Part shown: piece after piece, positions 60,972-64,000 of the stretch
Numbering within the stretch: position 1 is the first letter of the stretch
Layout of the letters: every line of letters begins with the position of its first letter
Assembly: GCA_012295275.1 (NCBI GenBank)
Contig: CM022671.1
Span: 21,018,001-21,082,000, forward strand
DNA from: Chrysomallon squamiferum
Lineage: Eukaryota > Animalia > Mollusca
Direction of reading: 5' to 3'
Length of the DNA: 64,000 bases
Notes under the pieces: model-generated
The model's database searches: none
What the model was told of the DNA's origin: nothing
The model's input: only the letters and a program-made list of their open reading frames with translations
Position numbers and translations under genes: made by a program

Positions 60972-61475
60972 TCTTAACAAAAACCAACTAAAACTACAAT
61001 TAATTAATATTATCATATAACGATATAGCCTACACATAAATTAGAGCTAGAATAATAAAAATAAAAATTATGATTACTAAATTAGTCTAGCTGTGTTTTA
61101 GAAACGTTAATTAATGATTTATTATTTATTTATTTATTAACTAATTCTGTATGTGTTTGCATTTGTATTTATATGTGTGTGTGTGTGTGGTGAGCGCGCG
61201 TTTTTGTCTGTAGACCTGTACAATCTTAGTGTAAAACATACGTCTTAAAGACATTTAACTACCATTTTCTTTATTCATTTTTTTTCAGTAATAAGAATGT
61301 TTATTAATACAATTAATAACTAAATTTTAATTAAAAAAAAATTGTATATAATTTTACTTGTTTTAATTCACTTAATATATTTCATTTGCATAATTTGTTT
61401 TTATGATAATTAAAAAATAAACAAATAAATAAATAAATAAGTTTTAATATTTTCTAATATTATATTGTTCTTGTT

Positions 61476-61513
<38 letters not shown>

Positions 61514-62038
61514 TATTATTATTATTATTATTATTACTGTTGTTGTTGTTATTGTTGTTACTGTTGTCGTTGTTATTTTTTGATGCTATTTGATTGTCAT
61601 TGTAGTTGTTATTTTTAACAAATTCTATTAATGGTGGCAGTAGTTGTGTTGTTGATGCTAATGCTGTGTCTTTGAGAATAAACATAATTATGATATTTTG
61701 TACTATTATTACAGTTATTGTGTTATCAACATTAAATCATAACCATTATTAACAGAAAATCCGTTTATTTTTTTATTATCATCGTTACATATATATTGTT
61801 GTTCGCGTTATTGATAATAAAAAACACCAAAACCAAACCAAACAAGCAAAGCAACAACAAACATAAAAAGCCACAAAAAACAAACAAAAAGTAAAGCAAA
61901 TAAAACAACAAACAACAAAAACACCACCAACAACTAACAACAAACAACAACATAAAAAACATACATACATATATACGTACATTCATACGTACGTACGTAG
62001 ATACAATACAGTTCAAACATATATACATACATCACACA

Positions 62039-62077
<39 letters not shown>

Positions 62078-63363
62078 TTATATATGCACATTTAATTATA
62101 GGTACACGTCATAAGCACTGGACATTTCTTAATCACCTTGTGTAAGCTACTAAAACTGTGCTTGAGACAGCTGACCTAGAAAAAAAATCTAAACGATCTT
62201 ACAGTGACTGAGATTTGATTAACACACAAAAGACAGGAGATAGCGAACAATCTCCAACAACAGAAGTTGAGATAAAACAGAGATACTGACATCAGCCTCA
62301 AAAAGAAAAGACAAATTACAGCTACAGAGGGCAGGATTTAACAATAAACTGAAAACAATTACTGCACAGTCTTACATTCAGAGGGAAGGGCTATACATTT
62401 GAATTCAGTTATTATACGGTTCATACAGCTTGTTAAATAGGTTCTTCAACATTTTTGATAGCAGAGAGCCTCACGATTTCGAAGTATTTAAGTTCACTCA
62501 GCAGCTTAGGGAGACTACGTGGACAATAACAGCAACCCTCTAGAAGAAGCTGTATAGCACAAGAAGTAATCTACTGAACAGAATCGTTCATCGTCACTGC
62601 TGGCCTTGACGTATGGTCAACAAGCAAAGGAAAAAAAAATATAATTTAAACTCAGATTTAAGTTTAAATGTGATGACAATGAAAACAAAAATACCTGTAG
62701 ATTTGCCACTGATATAAATTTTAAAAGTATTTTGATATTAAATGCCAGTTTATTGATGATCAAATTCTGTTAATAATAACTTTCGTCATGTACGTTATTT
62801 ATGTTTTAGATATCAGATTCAGTCATTACCTTTGCTATCGTATGACGAGTTTAGTTAACTGATTTTATAAATTTCTTTTAAAATGCACACCTCTTCATCC
62901 AGACAAAAAATAAAATAAAATAAAATAAAATAAAATAAAATAAAATAAAAATAGTAATAATAATCCACACAAGAAAAAGAAAAAAGAAATATATAAAAAC
63001 TGATATGTTTATTACTTCGATCAGTTTCGAACACATTCCAAATTGATAAATATAAATTATTCAGTTTAAGGAAACTGCATTGTATTGTGATAAAAAAGAA
63101 AAAACAAAAAAAAAACAACAAACAAATAAATTATTTCTCAATCAATACAGACTTTCTATAATTGAATATGATCCTTATTTTTTCAAGTAAAAAGCAAAAT
63201 AAACTAAATCTAATACAGTTTATATGCAGTAAAGAAACAGATGTAGGTCACACAAAGTTTTATAATATAATATTATATACATGTATTAACCAAATAAATA
63301 TTCATTTAAAAAATATTTGGTCTTTTTTTACAATGCGGTAGAAATGTTTTCAGAGATCTTTCA

Positions 63364-63404
<41 letters not shown>

Positions 63405-63577
63405 GCAGAAGCAAAGCACATACATCTTTTTTATCGGACATGTTCTTTTAAAAGAAAATACACGAGGAAAAAAACTCTATTTGCAGATGTTAAAATATCC
63501 AGAAAATATCATATCTATATTAAAAGATACCGCAGAGAAAAATGTCAAAATATTTATCAGAAATAAGCATGATTTTT

Positions 63578-63653
<76 letters not shown>

Positions 63654-64000
63654 ATCAGATTTCACTTTTCTAAAATTTCAAATTAATAGTTACTTCCGTT
63701 GGACACGGAAATACTTTTAAATATATTTCTGAGAATCCTACTAACAATTGCATATAATTGTTGTTAACAATTTAAGTGAAAATATTTACAACTTTTAATA
63801 AAACAATGAATAGATAAACAAGTAAATATTTAAGTGAGTAAGTAAATAAATAAGCACAAAGAAAACACTCCAGAACAAAGTTATAAAAGTATCTGAATCA
63901 ACATTATCTTCCAGACATATAAACAATATTATCAGATTCCTTTGTTCTTGAGTTCATGAAGTCATTCGTGGAGTAGTCGCAAAACCAAAGAAAAAAAAAA

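Overview
This is very AT-rich, microsatellite-laden eukaryotic DNA. Gene content and intron style suggest an invertebrate animal, plausibly a mollusc or other lophotrochozoan (inference only). Five protein-coding genes are supported. (1) A large minus-strand stabilin-like scavenger receptor (Cys-rich/EGF clusters alternating with FAS1 pairs): I traced 34 GT-AG exons by hand from the ATG at 46577 to 403, all phase-compatible (4045 nt, about 1348 codons), and the gene continues off the left edge. (2) An intronless class A peptide GPCR (FMRFamide/sex-peptide-receptor-like) nested on the opposite strand inside the 15.8 kb stabilin intron 20. (3) An intronless DHFR with unusual folate-pocket substitutions. 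(4) A 4-exon Shisa/CYYR1-like single-pass membrane protein with three tandem PPPY motifs, head-to-head with DHFR. (5) FZR1/Cdh1 with an intronless CDS and a 6-nt GTCAGT insertion that resembles a fossil splice donor. Several stabilin introns hold tandem repeats that appear to be copied from the neighbouring exon-intron junction. Most ORFs in the supplied track are microsatellite or low-complexity artefacts. No rRNA, tRNA or CRISPR features were seen.
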